Of a DNA stretch of 64,000 nucleotides, positions 40,445 to 53,594 are shown piece by piece. Where the stretch lies: NCBI GenBank assembly GCA_964016885.1, contig OZ024740.1, positions 10,416,001-10,480,000 on the forward strand. Reading direction: 5' to 3'. The DNA is from Eledone cirrhosa (taxonomy: Eukaryota). Within the stretch, counting starts at the first letter, position 1, and each line of letters starts with the position of its first letter. The notes under the pieces are model-generated. The model had not been told where the DNA came from. It did no database searches and was given only the letters and a program-made list of their open reading frames with translations. Made by a program: the position numbers and the translations under genes.

Positions 40445-41810
40445 TAAAATCAGGTTCAATAAAACATTGTTTAGATGACTCCTAACCAGTAGAGGATCCG
40501 GTGGACCATCCACCATAAGGACCGCAAACCATGGGTGGTTGTTGTTGTCCAATTGTCATTGGTACGGGGTGTAGGGGACTTACCGGGGGGGCTTGTGGGA
40601 GGCCGTAACCGGGGTTTATCCATATAGCTTGAGGAAAGTTCCCGTCCTTAGGTGTCTGCAGGCACCGAATAAGTCGGCCCTTCTGTTTAATAGCTTGGTT
40701 CCACCATGAAGAATCTCGAGTGTCTCACTAAGACAGAGGTTGCAAATACCAGACCCGCCTCTGTCTGGGGGAACCTTTCTAACCACGGACCAGACCAGTG
40801 AGTGCGGGGTCTTTTCAAGTTTGAGCTTCCAGATCAGTTCAGAAAGGGCCGTACATTTCCTCTTATCTATTCTGTTAAAGGAATGGCGATGGTTATACCA
40901 CCGAGCTTTGAAGCTCGTCGCTGTGGATCCTATGTAGTGGTGCTCCGAGTTAGGGGTTGTGACCTTGCACCTGTATACCACGTTTTTGGTCATGCATTCA
41001 TTACTAAGGGAGCACAGCGACGGGTCTCTGCAATTACATGACTTCTTAAGCCCCACCACATGTACCGCGTGGTTAGCATCACTCGGGGTTGGCTGGGTAG
41101 CCTCCGCAATCAGCACAGGGTCGTTGAGTTCCGGTGTGCTAGTTGGGCCTGTCCGGGTTCCGATGCGTCCCTGGTTCTGGTTCTGTTGGGTGGCTCCGGG
41201 GTTTACGGTGGTATTAGAGGCAGTGAGCCTATTCCTATTTATGCGAGCTATGTGCTGGGCTACGGAGCGTGTGGTTGAGTAGAAAAGTTTCCCCGTGTGC
41301 CTGTTGAATATTTTATGGTACTTATGGGCCCTAGGGAAACATATATCCAGTACTCTAAAGAATATTTTATCCAGGCTGGTGCGTAGACACACCGAGTACG
41401 GAGGATTATACCATGTGACCTTCCTGGTCCTATTCTTGCGGGGTGGTTGGGTGTTCGCCGTGGGCCATCGCGTGGTTGTGCACAGCTCAGGTCGAGCTCG
41501 GTTGGTGTCACTTGGGTGTGCGGAGCGGTCACTATCATGAGGGTTATATAGGCCCACCGTGGAGCTATAAATCTGGGAGGCGCGGCCTCCCTGCTCAATT
41601 AGGATTCGGCGGGTGGTGGGGCCGGTGCAGGGGTGCCTATGCTCCGCAGCACAGTGGTCTTCAGCGTTGTAGGTATGTACAATAAGGGCTTTATTCACAG
41701 TGATGACAATTGTTTCTTTGATCTGGTAGGTCTAGAGTTCGCTAATCGCTAGATGTTGCATCAATCGATCTCCAATACTTTGTTTATAACCAGTTAATTC
41801 ATCAGAGCGA
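40445..41810 (-). mobile_element. Penelope-like element, Hydra-like, 5'-truncated; ORF 40616-41698 encodes linker + GIY-YIG endonuclease
   Basis: WYNPPY, KIFNR, CNC.....C, VVY...YIG...FKARWYNH, T.LS..IW, CNLC, LLN, CRH motifs; 3' end next to TA-rich microsatellite. Confidence 0.88.
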
Positions 41811-42202
41811 TCGAATGTGAGGATATTACGCAAGGCATGGCTTTTATAGTGGGGTGGTATTACACCAGAACAATAATATCAATAACAAAATAACTAGATA
41901 CTGAATAGTTAAAATAATAACATCAATATAAGTAAGAAATAGAACTAGTATGGTAAACGAACTGATATGATACAGATGTATGAAGTTGACAAGTATAACC
42001 TACATAGAAACCATCGTGAACTCGCTGCATCACTATGGAAACGTCTTGTTGAGTCAAACTAAGCCATACGTTAACACCATCCAGAACACGGAGTACTCTA
42101 ACTATACTACCTCTAAGTGAATTACCTATAACGATAACTTGTTATCCCGTATGCAACACACACACACACATATATATATATATGATCGATATATATATAT
42201 GA

Positions 42203-42260
<58 letters not shown>

Positions 42261-42789
42261 CATATACACTATAATATGTAAATTATTGTTCGTGGTTCGA
42301 TTGCACTTTGGTACACGATGTTCCCCTCCCATACAGGTTAAAGCAGGTTTTAACGTAGGTTTTACTCCCTCAGGACTGACAAGGGGCTAAAAACACTAAT
42401 GAACTTTACTACCTGTAAGTGGTAGAGTCATAATTATTTAACAAAATATTGTAAATGTGGAAAGTAATATATGTAAGAAGGTTAAACAATGCAAAATGGA
42501 CGATAAGGTGAAGGTAACGTAGAAGTTAGTTACCTGGTAATCTTTGTTATTGTTGCTGTTTCTTTCGTCCTAATATTCCAGGCATTAAAATTCCCTTCGT
42601 CAGAGTATAAGGAACTCTCAGAAGAAAAATGTTCCGGTCTCTTCTCTTTGAAATTATATTTAAATCATAATCATTTATTTATGTAGGCATTTCTGAAAAA
42701 CTGTGTAATTTGTTATAATATATAACCCGGGTTGACTAAAGTGTGAGTGGATTTTGACAGAGGGAAACTATGCAAGCTACTCAATAGAT

Positions 42790-43906
42790 TATCGCTCCTT
42801 GCTTTTAGTAGGGGACTGGAATGGACGCACGTTGGGACTATGTAGGAGCATGTCCCAGTAGAGGGGAGTGCAGCAGCCTCAAAAATTTAATCGGCCAATT
42901 CTAACTGGCCGATAAGTATCAACTAAACTTCCCGACTGCACCACAGTGGACATGGACAAATCGCAGTGAAACATCTAGATCGTATTTAGATAGGTTCTTT
43001 ATTAGAGAGAGAGACAGGAAAATGTTAAGCTGTCCACAAATGTACATGGTAGCTTATTCAGAACACAAACTAGTCACCTGCATAGTCAACCATGATAGAA
43101 CACATAGACAGGGACCCGGATACTGGAAGCTGAACATGTCGTTACCGACGCGTAAAGCCTACAGTAGACGAATAAGTAGTTTAGTTAAGCACCAGTACGC
43201 GATAAGATCTACAGTTACGGGCGCGCGGGCAGGGATCCTTATAAGAGGACATGTCCGAGATGCGAGCGGGACATTGAAACCGTCCTGCACGCAATTGTAC
43301 ACTGCCCGGGCGTAACCGACCTGTGGAACTACGCAGAACAACCGCTGTCGCGTGTGGGATAAATCCAGTTGACTTCCGAGTCCATAGTAAGGATCAAACC
43401 GCCACCTTTGTTTAAAAACGAAATAGAAGCGGTTCTCCTCTGTATAGTAGCTATGGTAAAAGAGGTTATATGGTGGACAAGATTGAGAGGACTGAGGACA
43501 GATGCCTTTCTCTCTGGACAACAACTAATTCCCTTCTTTAGGTATCTCTTTAGAAGAAGAATCAGAGTGGAGAGAGAGAGGTACTGCACCCCAGTAAATT
43601 TACTGAAAGGTGGGTGAATGTGGCGAGAATGGCCCGAGTGATTGGGCTTTCTCTGTGTATAAACCTGTAGGTTGAAGAAGAGAGCGAAAGGAAGAAAGGA
43701 GCACTTACACAACATGCTCCTGGAGTTGAGGGTTGTCCTATCTACGGGGTATAAAACAACTCATTTGTAACGCCTTCCCCCTATTGGGGATTTCGATTGT
43801 TATATTTTCATGTTAAAACATTTTTACACGACTTTATGTAAAATCCCCGGCATGTGTCTGTGTATGGTCCCCTTTTCTTGTGCGCCCTTGTGGCAAATAA
43901 AGAAAT
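42790..43906 (+). mobile_element. Tx1/L1 LINE derivative with an internal deletion of the RT domain
   Basis: EN C-terminus (WTWTNR..SYLDR..AYSEHK..GPGYWKLNMS) joined at ~43190 to the C-terminal region (PVRDK..CPRC...ETVLHA..HC); 3' UTR ends cccttgtggcaaataaagaaa. Confidence 0.85.
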
Positions 43907-44445
43907 CTATCTAAAAGTTTGTTCGTGTGTATTCCGTTTCTCATTCCCTATCATCTGTTTCACCCAACTGCCTCACTAAATATTTTGTGACTTTTACCTC
44001 TCTTCTCAATATTACTCACATGCTTTCATTTATCATTTACTCTCTCTATTGCTATCTTTTGATCTTTTATATATTCCCCTGTTTTCTCACACTCTTCTGT
44101 TTCCTCAGACGTTCTTCTGTTCTTATAACGGACGCTCTTTCTTTCTATAGCTATATATTTCTCTTTGCCTTAAAAAATCAATTTGGATGATAAACAAGTA
44201 AAATATTTAAAGTATATTTTGTATTTTCTTCAAACAACATTCCAGTCACATACGTATTTCAATGAAGCAACTGTGACCAGTACAATTTCGAGTTTTAAAT
44301 GTGAAGGAGAGTGATATTTGTGTAGTTAGGGAAATCAGAAATGTTGAGAATTACCTGTTAAAAAGGTTTGTAGTCATAGGGTAGGGATTAGTTTAGAGGT
44401 AAAAATACTGTGATGAATATTTCTTGTTAATATTCATTTTGCCCA

Positions 44446-44549
<104 letters not shown>

Positions 44550-45365
44550 CGCGAAGAAATACCTATGATTCCTAGCAGACAACTGACGATGGATATTCCC
44601 CTCTTTCGCCCGTAACTTTTATTTTTCATTTTTTCATTATACTTAATTGCAACCACACAGCTCGCCATTTTATTCATATAAGCTTCCTTCTCCGCTGTGA
44701 CCCGTCTCTTTTCTCTCCCCTTGTTGTTATCCTCTCTCTCCCCCTTCTCTCTCCTTCTCCCTCTTACTTTCGCTCACCCCCTCTGCTAGTCATATTCTCT
44801 CGGCTACCCTGCCACTATAACTATCTCTTTTTCGCTTCCTCTTACTTTCAGTCACTCCCTCTCTGCTAGTCACCCTCTCTCCGCTAGCCACTTCCTCCCT
44901 CGTCCGCCACTGTAAGCAGCCTCTTCTCTCGCTAACACGGCTACAGTGAAGACGTGTCTTTTTTTTCTCTCGTCAAACTCGCCAGTTCTTACGTTCGAAA
45001 TGAGTTGTTGACTTGATATTTTTCCTATATATATATATGTATATAAGATCACTCCAGTCCTACAAACTGTAGAGTGCTACTTATCCGATATTTGCATTGC
45101 TTTATTGTACTACAATAAAACTCATCTCCTACATATATATATATATACATCTGTGAGATGTGAGAAAAACCACAAACCCTCCATCTCAATTCTACTTTTG
45201 AAAAGCACAAGAACTGCGAAACCGGTAAAGGAACCAAATAAATATTTTTTTTTTAAATAGACTCCAGTTACATTTTCGATTTCATCTTTTTTCCTTATAC
45301 TTTCACTCGTGTAGGACACCTCGTTTTTTTTTTCATTTTGTAAAAAAACCTCACTTTCTAATATA

Positions 45366-46673
45366 CAGAGTGGGGCATAAAAACTATTACAAAATAAAAT
45401 GTAAATAGTTCTTGAAAAAAACATTTATTTCAAGATCTGACTTCAACAAATAGTAAGTAATATACTATTAAACAACTGCACAACAATTTATTCGAAATGC
45501 TTTCCTCTAGTTCTCACTACTACTCGAAGACTTCTAGGAAAGTTTTCGATGGCTGCACGAACAGTTTCCATGGGTGTTTTCTCCCATATTTTATTCAGTT
45601 TTGATTTTAGAGTTTCAATATTTTGGCTAGGAGTAGAGCAGGCTTCACTCTCAAGAATTGACCATAAAGAAAAATCGAGAGGGTTGAGATCTGGTGATAT
45701 GGGAGGCCACTCTTCCTTACTGATCCATGCAAGTAAATGGTCTCTACACCACTGTTGTGTTACGCGAGCAGTGTGGCTCGTCGCTCCATCTTGTTGGAGA
45801 GTCCAAATGTCATCGCCATAAACAGATGTGCACCATGGCATCAGTGCTCCTTCCAAAATATCCTTTATGTAAAGTTCTTTGTTAATTTTAACTCCTTGAG
45901 GCACAAAAGTCAGAGGAGACTTTCCTCTTTCAGAAATGGCTGCCCAAACCATCACTGATGCTGGTTTCTGTGTCCTGAACACTTTTCCTACACTTGAAGG
46001 AATTGATTTGAGACTTTTTGCAAGTACTCGATCATTTTGATGGTTGTGAGACTGCTGCACAGTGAATAACTTACTTTTCATCTGTAAAGATGATGTTTTG
46101 CAGCATGCCATCCTTGATATAGTTCAATAACAGTTTACTTCTGGAGAGCCTCTTTTCAATTGTGGCTGCAGAAAGAAGCTGTCTCTTTTGGAACTTATAG
46201 GGTGACATCCCCAGATCATCTCGACATATCCTCCGCATAGTTCTCGGCGATGTTTCTGCTTCTTCTGCCATTTTTCTCATGGACCTTCTTGGATTACGCC
46301 TTATTTTTTCCCTCACACTTTTAACGAGTTTTGGTGTTCTTGAGGTGCGAGGGCGTCCGGGTCTAGGTCTGTCTTTGGTTGAGGAAGTTTCCTTAAATCG
46401 ATCGATTGTGCTTTTGATCAACATTCTATTGATCTTAAGAATTTTCCCCAGTTTAAATATCTTGGGTGGAGTCAGGCCTTTTTTATGCTTCTCTATTATG
46501 AACTTTCTTTTCAATTCTATGGACATTGCAAATTGTTAATGGAGTAATTTTCTGAAAAATAGTTAATATGGTAATAGTGCATGGATTTGATACAAATATA
46601 TTGGTTATATTAGCAACATAATGTATTTTTAAATTGATTTAAAACTTTGCAACAGGAATTATGCCCCACCCTG
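45366..46673 (-). mobile_element. Tc1/mariner DNA transposon, DD37D (maT) family; transposase split by one frameshift (46071-46526, 45488-46111)
   Basis: TA|CAGAGTGGGGCATAA ... TTATGCCCCACCCTG|TA TIRs; RPGRPR, FTDEK, QQDGA, SPDLNPLD with 37 residues between D2 and D3. Confidence 0.93.
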
Positions 46674-46737
46674 TATATATATATATATATATATACAGGG
46701 TGGGGCATAATTATATACATATATATATATATATATA

Positions 46738-47514
46738 TATACGATATTAAACAAATGGAAACTATATTTATAAAACCATATTTATTTCATTATACATATT
46801 TCGGGGATACCATATTAAAAATATGGCATGCCTTCGTCAGATAAAATACAATATATAAACAGTTTTATAAATAATTTTGACGTACCATAAATATGAGCGA
46901 CCATTATGTAGGAAGTTGGTTTTGTAGTGAAGTGTTTATAAATATTTAGTGTTAAGCACAGTTATAAAGAAAGACGGAGAAAAAGAATAAATGTATTTAA
47001 AGAAAAACAGAGAGAAATAGAGAGAGAAATAGAGAGAGATAGGGGAGAGAGAAATAGGGAGGAGGTGAAAAAAGAGAGGCAACCGAAGGCAACAGAAGAA
47101 TAATAATAATTCATCATACAAATTGAGGGGTTTAAGAGGGAGGGAGTACGGTAATTATTTAGTTATAGTGTTAAGGACAGTTATGGAGGAGACGTCTTTC
47201 TTTATAACTGTGCTTAACACTAAATATTTATAAACACTTCACTACCAAACCAACTTCCTACATAATGGTCGCTTATATTTATGGTACGTCAAAATTATTT
47301 ATAAAACTGTTTATATATTGTATTTTATCTGACGAAGGCATGCCATATTTTTAATATGGTATCCCCGAAATATGTATAATGAAATAAATATGGTTTTATA
47401 AATATACTTTCCATTTGTTTAATATCGTATATCTACTCCAAAAACTTGTCGAGTGCTTTATATCAGTTATAAAATATTTACTTGTTGTAACCCAACAATT
47501 TTAAATAAAACATT

Positions 47515-47520
<6 letters not shown>
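46738..47520. repeat. Inverted pair of PLE pLTR-like repeats (family A), each arm carrying a hammerhead motif (46783-46848 minus, 47321-47386 plus)
   Basis: ~240-bp near-perfect arms 46738-46977 and 47193-47431; both ends sit in (TA)n. Confidence 0.85.
47321..47386 (+). ncRNA. Minimal type-I hammerhead ribozyme motif (family A)
   Basis: tattttat-CTGACGA-aggcatgccatatttttaatatggtatcccc-GAAA-tatgtATA-atgaaata; 8-bp stem I with one G-U pair. Confidence 0.68.
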
Positions 47521-47601
<81 letters not shown>

Positions 47602-47603
47602 GT

Positions 47604-47658
<55 letters not shown>

Positions 47659-47744
47659 CAGACGATCGACTTTCATAAAATCGGACCGATAAAACAATGT
47701 TTCCGTTGGTCTTTCCAATTGCTAATACTATCTATGTCAAAATA

Positions 47745-47844
47745 AAGTGTCTTGCTCAAGGACATAACGCATCATCCAGTCCGTGAATCGAACTCACTAC
47801 CTCACGATTGCGAATTCAATTCTCTAACCAGTCAGCCACGCGCC

Positions 47845-47848
<4 letters not shown>
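47745..47848 (-). mobile_element. 5' fragment of a tRNA-derived CORE-type SINE
   Basis: Minus strand tggctgactggttagag...gagttcgattc (B box)...gtccttgagcaagacactt. Confidence 0.7.
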
Positions 47849-47902
<54 letters not shown>

Positions 47903-47904
47903 AT

Positions 47905-48912
47905 TGTTATACTTTGGGAGGGTCATGCTGCCAATAAGAAACACACGCACCTGTTGGTTTTCACTTCAATTTATTGTAAATTTCCGGTCGGTTGGTTGGT
48001 TCGATAACCGGATGGTTGTTTATATATTGTCAAAGCTCTTTCATCACACATTCTGTGACCTCCTCAGTGACTAGGTTTTTATTTTGTGTCTCTCCTTTGT
48101 TCTGTCCTACACCATCTGGTTTTTGTGTGTTGTGTACTTAGCTTGCGCATGCGTTACATATGGGTGTGTGTGTGTGTGTTTTTATTTATTTATGTGTTTA
48201 TTTACTTGTCGCTAGTGGTTGTTTTTTCTATCTGGGTGTGTCTGATTTGTTTTGTTAATTTGTTTTTCGTGTGTGTCTGTATGTCTTCATTTTGTCTTTA
48301 ATTACTAGTTGTGATGTTGCTATTCCACTCATGTTTTCTGTTTAATTTTGGTTGGAGTTCGTTTATGTTTGTTGCCTCTGTGATTTCTCTGAGCATTGCA
48401 TCTTTTCTGTGTGTGGATATAATTTTTATCTCTATGTTCTCTAATGTGCCCCTATCTTCTATTGTGGCATGTTGGTAGAGTATTGAGGAGTTTTCCCCTC
48501 CTGGAGTTCTCACCAGTGTTCACTTATCTTTTCTCCTATGCTACGGGCTGTTTCACCTATGTATGGTATGTTCTTATTCCTACACTGCCCCTCAGTACAT
48601 CTTATGCTATAGACTACGTTCCTAGTTTTGTAGTTAGTTTGTGGGCTTAGCTTGCAGACTATGCATTTCCTATCAGTGCAGGGGATTCTTTGAAATGGGT
48701 ATGTTTTACTAATTAGGGTTTTTATGGGAATACCTGGTCTTTCAACTATCTTAATATCGTATTTGAGCTTGTCTAGGGCCTTTCAAAATCTGTAAGCTAG
48801 TTCACCTCTAGGGGTTGTATTGACGAACATTACACTCTGGCATTTATTGCTATCATACCATCAGTTGATTGCCTTAAGGTAAATAAAATCAACTCATGGT
48901 ATGATAGCAATA
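47905..48912 (-). mobile_element. Second, 5'-truncated Naiad-like PLE copy (EN + pLTR) with a short 5' inversion hairpin
   Basis: Homologous to 36765-37735; same terminus tatactttgggagggtcatg beside (TA)n; hairpin at 48844-48912. Confidence 0.88.
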
Positions 48913-49084
48913 TTTTATTAGCCATAAATTTCGTGTTTCTAGTTGTACGAATAATCGAAAGCGTGAAACATAACCATTACGATTCAAGAATCTTCTGTTC
49001 TATTCTATTCTATTATATTATATATCTAATTAGACATAAAATATACTATAATATAATATAACATATGATAATATAATATAATAT

Positions 49085-49413
49085 AATTGTTTCTACTTTT
49101 GGCACAAGGCCAGCAATTACCTCGTGCATTACTGGTACTTTATTTTATCGACCCCGTAAGGATGAAAGGCAAAGTTAACCTCGGCAGGATTTGAACTCAG
49201 ATCATAAAGGGACGTAACTCTATGCTTCAAAGCATGATGTCCGACTCTCTACCGATACTGCCAAAATTACTGGTACTTTATTTTATCGACCCCGTAAGGA
49301 TGAAATAATATAATATAATATAATATAACATATAATAAGACTATAAAGGGGCGTAATTCTTTGATGCAAAGCATGGCGTCCGACCTTCTACCGATACTGC
49401 CAATCCCCCACCC
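49085..49413 (-). mobile_element. SINE (49085-49263) followed by a rearranged second copy
   Basis: Tail, Meta core, B box and head all recognisable; the core and head are repeated at 49268-49303 and 49342-49413. Confidence 0.85.
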
Positions 49414-49439
49414 TAATATACTATAATATAATATATAAT

Positions 49440-50400
49440 ATTGGATATTTGATAGTGCTTCTCTGTAGTACTCAATAACTCTGTTAAAGCGATAATGCAC
49501 TTCTATTGCCGATTTCAACAAATCCATACTTGAGGAGGTCCAGTGGAGGGTTAGATTGAATATGGATGTACAATGAGATTCTTTTAGCTTTCTTAACATC
49601 TTCGTATGATTTCGAGTTTACTTTAAATGTGACGTTCAGGAATTTTGCCGTAGTAAAGTTTACTTCTGTTCTCACTCTCAAACCCAATTTGTTGAATGTT
49701 GCAATTATACAGTTGCCGGTGGTACCAGCTGTTCATCAGACAGACCTGCCAAACTTTAAAATCCAAAACCCCTGAAAAAAGGTGCTCCAAAACGGGGGAA
49801 AATGAGGCAGAATGGGGAGATTTTACATAATGAAAGCTATACCTATTTTCACAAAAGAAGACATCTCTCCCTCACCCCAAGTGGGTGGGAGATCTCCTCG
49901 TAGGATGGGGAGAGTTAACAAGTCTGTATCATGTTGCGTTGTTCGAGAAAATAAGCCCATCCTCCATGTTCAAGTTCAAACCAATATCACTGAAAAGGTT
50001 ATATATTTCGTTAAATAAGACCAATACTTGTTCCCAAGTTTCAGCACGATCTAATCTACCCATAATGACGTCAGACGCGCCCGTTCCGTCTTTCTTAGCC
50101 TGCGTTCTTATTCAAAAAGTGTGATCCTGGCATGTATAAGAATCTGCAGGTATCTTTGAGTGATATTTGTGTATCATCTGACTAAATGGTTAGCATTTAG
50201 AAGAATGTATTGGTCTATGGATGGATAGTAGCCAAGGACGTCGAATTGTATATACAAATCTCCATTTCGTCATATTTTCAAGCTGCTGAATCACGTGATA
50301 ACTGTTGCAGTGTTCTTCCATAATTTTTAATTCGTACTGTTTCATGTTACCAGCGTTTACTCTAACATAAAAACTTTTGCCAAGATCAATGGGTGAGTTA
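49440..50400 (-). mobile_element. Degraded Hydra-like PLE reverse transcriptase fragment, interrupted at ~49741-49926 by a possible MITE
   Basis: IQFDVLGYYPSI, DVIMGRLDRAETWE (compare DVTMGSFDGAE.CE), KFLNVTF, LYIHIQSNPP; the insert has imperfect CAGACCTGCCAA/TTAACAAGTCTG ends. Confidence 0.7.
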
Positions 50401-51474
50401 GTTTAACTTGTTTCTTTTGTCCTTGACAATGTTGAACGAAGTTCTTTTTCAGCGTTGTTATTAGGTTTATTTTGGGATGTTATGTTTTCATTCTATCTCT
50501 TGTGTTTTGCAGTTGATTTTATTCTATAAACAGAGAATCCCCACTCCATACTCTTTAAAAGACAATAAATGAATTGTTTATTGAGTTAGAAACAATTCCG
50601 TGAGTCATGGGGAGTCAAAATATGAGTGCATTTTTGTTGGGGGGGGGGGGGGTAGGATCTGAACCTGGGATCATTTTTGTGTTGTGTGTTTTTATCATCT
50701 TTGTTTTTGAGGATGAAAGCCTTTCATAGCATACGTTTTATCACGATGACCATTTTCTGATTTTCTTTGAAGTTGACTAACCGAGTACGTGAGGTCAACT
50801 ATACATTTCATCCATTTAAGGTTGATAAAAGAGTACCAGTAAAGTACTGGGTCGATTCTTCCTCTATACCTCTTTCTCACTTTCTTTCTCCCTCTCTCTT
50901 ATCCATCTCTGGAAGAAATCTGCTGTATCCACACCTGGAGAGGAGAAGGGCATCACCAGGTATAAAACTGCCCCAGAGATACCATATGTCAATATGGTGC
51001 CTCAAAGGCTACCCCAAAAGTCACGGGTCCATACGTACAATCTAGCTAATAGAATTAAACCGTTTTTCATCAGGTGAGTATATCTATTTTTATTGTTGTT
51101 TGAATTATATACTTTTGTGTCATGTTTATATACACAAGCAGTGCTTAAACGGAAGTAGTTGTATATTATGTTTATATACACAAGCAGTGCTTAAACGGAA
51201 GTAGTTGTATATTAGTTTTGTTTAATTTAATGGTACAAAAACACAAAAGTGCTCAATACAAACTAATGTTAGAAAAATAGAGTCTAATATATTATTTATG
51301 TCTAAGATGAACGTGGTTTACATTACCGAACTACAGTTTTATTTATTCTGTATGTTGGTTAATTGTCCACATTGAAAAGAAATGATTGTTAATACACCCA
51401 GTACACTCTACAGAGTGGAGTGTTGGTGTCATGATAAAATACACCCTGTATACTCTGTAAAGTGGTAGTGCTGA

Positions 51475-51587
<113 letters not shown>

Positions 51588-51814
51588 ACTGCGATCCCGG
51601 AAAGAATAGTAAAAGGTTTCATCACAATTTCAAAAGGTTTCAAAACTATTTTTTTGATTTCTATGGCAATACTTCCAAACAAATATCGGGGACTGCGATG
51701 GCTACAAAAGTTGCTGCAACTTACGTTAACTTAGTCATGGCATACCTGGATGTCCAGATATATAAATAATCCAGATTAAAATATGACTTGAATTTCCACA
51801 AATATTTGCTAGAC

Positions 51815-51988
51815 CAGCGGTCGCCAACCTTTCTGACCTCACGGACCACTAATTCCATAATCTTAAATCCTGCGGACCACTAATATGCATTTTTTAAAAA
51901 AGATAAATACATTTAAATTTTTCTGCGGACCACCAAAATGTTTTCTCGGACCACCAGTGATCCGTGGACCACCGGTTGGCGACCGCTG
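51815..51988. mobile_element. hAT (Charlie-like) MITE, 174 bp
   Basis: TIRs CAGCGGTCGCCAACC/GGTTGGCGACCGCTG; perfect 8-bp TSD TGCTAGAC (51807-51814, 51989-51996). Confidence 0.93.
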
Positions 51989-52080
51989 TGCTAGACAACT
52001 GGAAACGCTACTTGGATGACTGCCAACACACACTCAACCAACTCAATTAACCCAAGACTTCAGTTAACAGAATCAATAAT

Positions 52081-52268
52081 TGTCTCTACATTTGGCACAA
52101 GGCCAGCAATTATCCCAGTGCATTACTGGTACTTTATTTTATCGACCCCGTAAGGATGAAAGGCAAAGTTAACCTCGGCGGGATTTGAACTTAGAAGGTA
52201 AAGGGCCATAACTCTATGCTGTAAAGCATGGCGTCTGACGCTCTACCGATACTGCCAATCCACCGCCC
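52081..52268 (-). mobile_element. Full-length tRNA-head/Meta-core SINE, 188 bp
   Basis: 15-bp TSD AACAGAATCAATAAT (52066-52080, 52269-52283); A box TGGCAGTATCGG, B box GTTCAAATCC, core GCCTTTCATCCTTACGGGGTCGATAAA. Confidence 0.93.
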
Positions 52269-52799
52269 AACAGAATCAATAATAACATCCAATTCACAAT
52301 GGAATATAATCAAAACCAACTTCAATTCCTGGACATTCTAATCATAAAAAAGACGCAAATATTCAAACTGACATTCTCCAGAAATCAACAGATTCTAAAT
52401 AATATTTACCAAATTCGGTGCCTAATCACGCGATCATCCTTAGCCTATCAAATTATACTTTAAACTTGAGCCACTTTTCTGCATAAAACTGAACGAACTA
52501 TGATACTCGCCATTTTTGGCGCAAAATTACCAAAACATTCGATGCTTAATCACGCGATTTTCGTCAACCTATCAAATTGTACACCAAATATAGAACAATC
52601 TGAGCCACATTTTTTGCATAAAACAAAGAAATTGCCAACATCAGATGCCAGTTAAAGTCAGCCACACATCTCTCCATCTCTTCACTTTTGAAACTTGTGA
52701 ATCTTGTGAAACCGGTAAAGTTATAAGTTATTAGAAATAAACCTTCTTAAAGACTCCAATTACATTTTCAACTTCTTTTTCCTATATTTTTACTCGTGT

Positions 52800-52975
52800 C
52801 ATCATCATCATCATCATCACCGTTTTACGTCCATTCTTCCACGCTAGCAGGGGTTAGACGAGTTGTCCTGTTGTGGGCAGTGTCCAGTCGGCTGACCATG
52901 TCTTGCTCACACAGAAACTGATTTTGGCTTGATTTCTACAGCTGGATGCCCTTCCTAACACCAACCTCATTTACA
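52800..52975 (-). mobile_element. 3' part of an octopus OK-like / RTE-partner SINE
   Basis: Minus strand ggttggtgttaggaagggcatccagctgtagaaa...ggacgtaaaacggtgatgatgatg tail. Confidence 0.7.
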
Positions 52976-53217
52976 GTGAGTGGTGGGTGCTTTTTTTCCG
53001 TGACGCCTACACAACCACTTTACAGTGTGGGCTGGGTGCTTTTTTACCGTGGCACCTCCACGACCACTTTGCAGTGGGAGAGGGTGGGGGCATATTGTCT
53101 ATATGCTTCAGCTTCGGCTTGTACCCGTGGGGGGGTCGGGTCTTCTGTATTACTGCGTGACGCTAGAGGTCACGGTCGTGTGTCATCGCCGTGTGGGGTA
53201 AAAGCACCTTACTTTCG

Positions 53218-53261
<44 letters not shown>

Positions 53262-53522
53262 TACATATTTCAGACGAGTTGATAACACAACGATATAAGT
53301 CAAAGAATGATTGAAACCTGAAATGTGATATTATAGTTCATAGGAAGATAGGTAAAAGACAGTTCAGAGTTCGATCAAATCGATACATTTCCAATCACAG
53401 TAATTTCACAATATCACGGAGCATATATAAATGAATAGATAAAACAAGAATTAAATTACATTAAATTATTTAATTGAATTACGAATATTTCTATAAATAA
53501 TTAAGTTAGTTATGTTGTTTAA

Positions 53523-53594
53523 TAGATTCTGAGGAAATCAGTACAGAGGAAAATGGGATTTCTTACTGTATTGATAGAAACGTTCGTAAACCAA
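53523..53594 (+). ncRNA. Degenerate type-I hammerhead ribozyme in a fold-back unit (~53430-53645)
   Basis: CTGAGGA-a-atcagtacag/ctgtattgat-a-GAAA-cgttc-GTA; stem I is weak; a diverged inverted copy of the 3' half lies at ~53461-53493. Confidence 0.55.

Larger units (their letters stand above)
51590..52410 (+). mobile_element. Neptune-like PLE RT fragment carrying nested MITE and SINE insertions
   Basis: After removing the inserts: QISGTAMATKVAATYVNLVMAY...NWKRYLDDC...IQFTMEY..QLQFLDI...TD..QKSTDS. Confidence 0.8.

Noticed and set aside
42550-42610. Possible minus-strand hammerhead (CTGACGA...GAAA)
   Set aside because: Stems II, III and I cannot be formed together convincingly.
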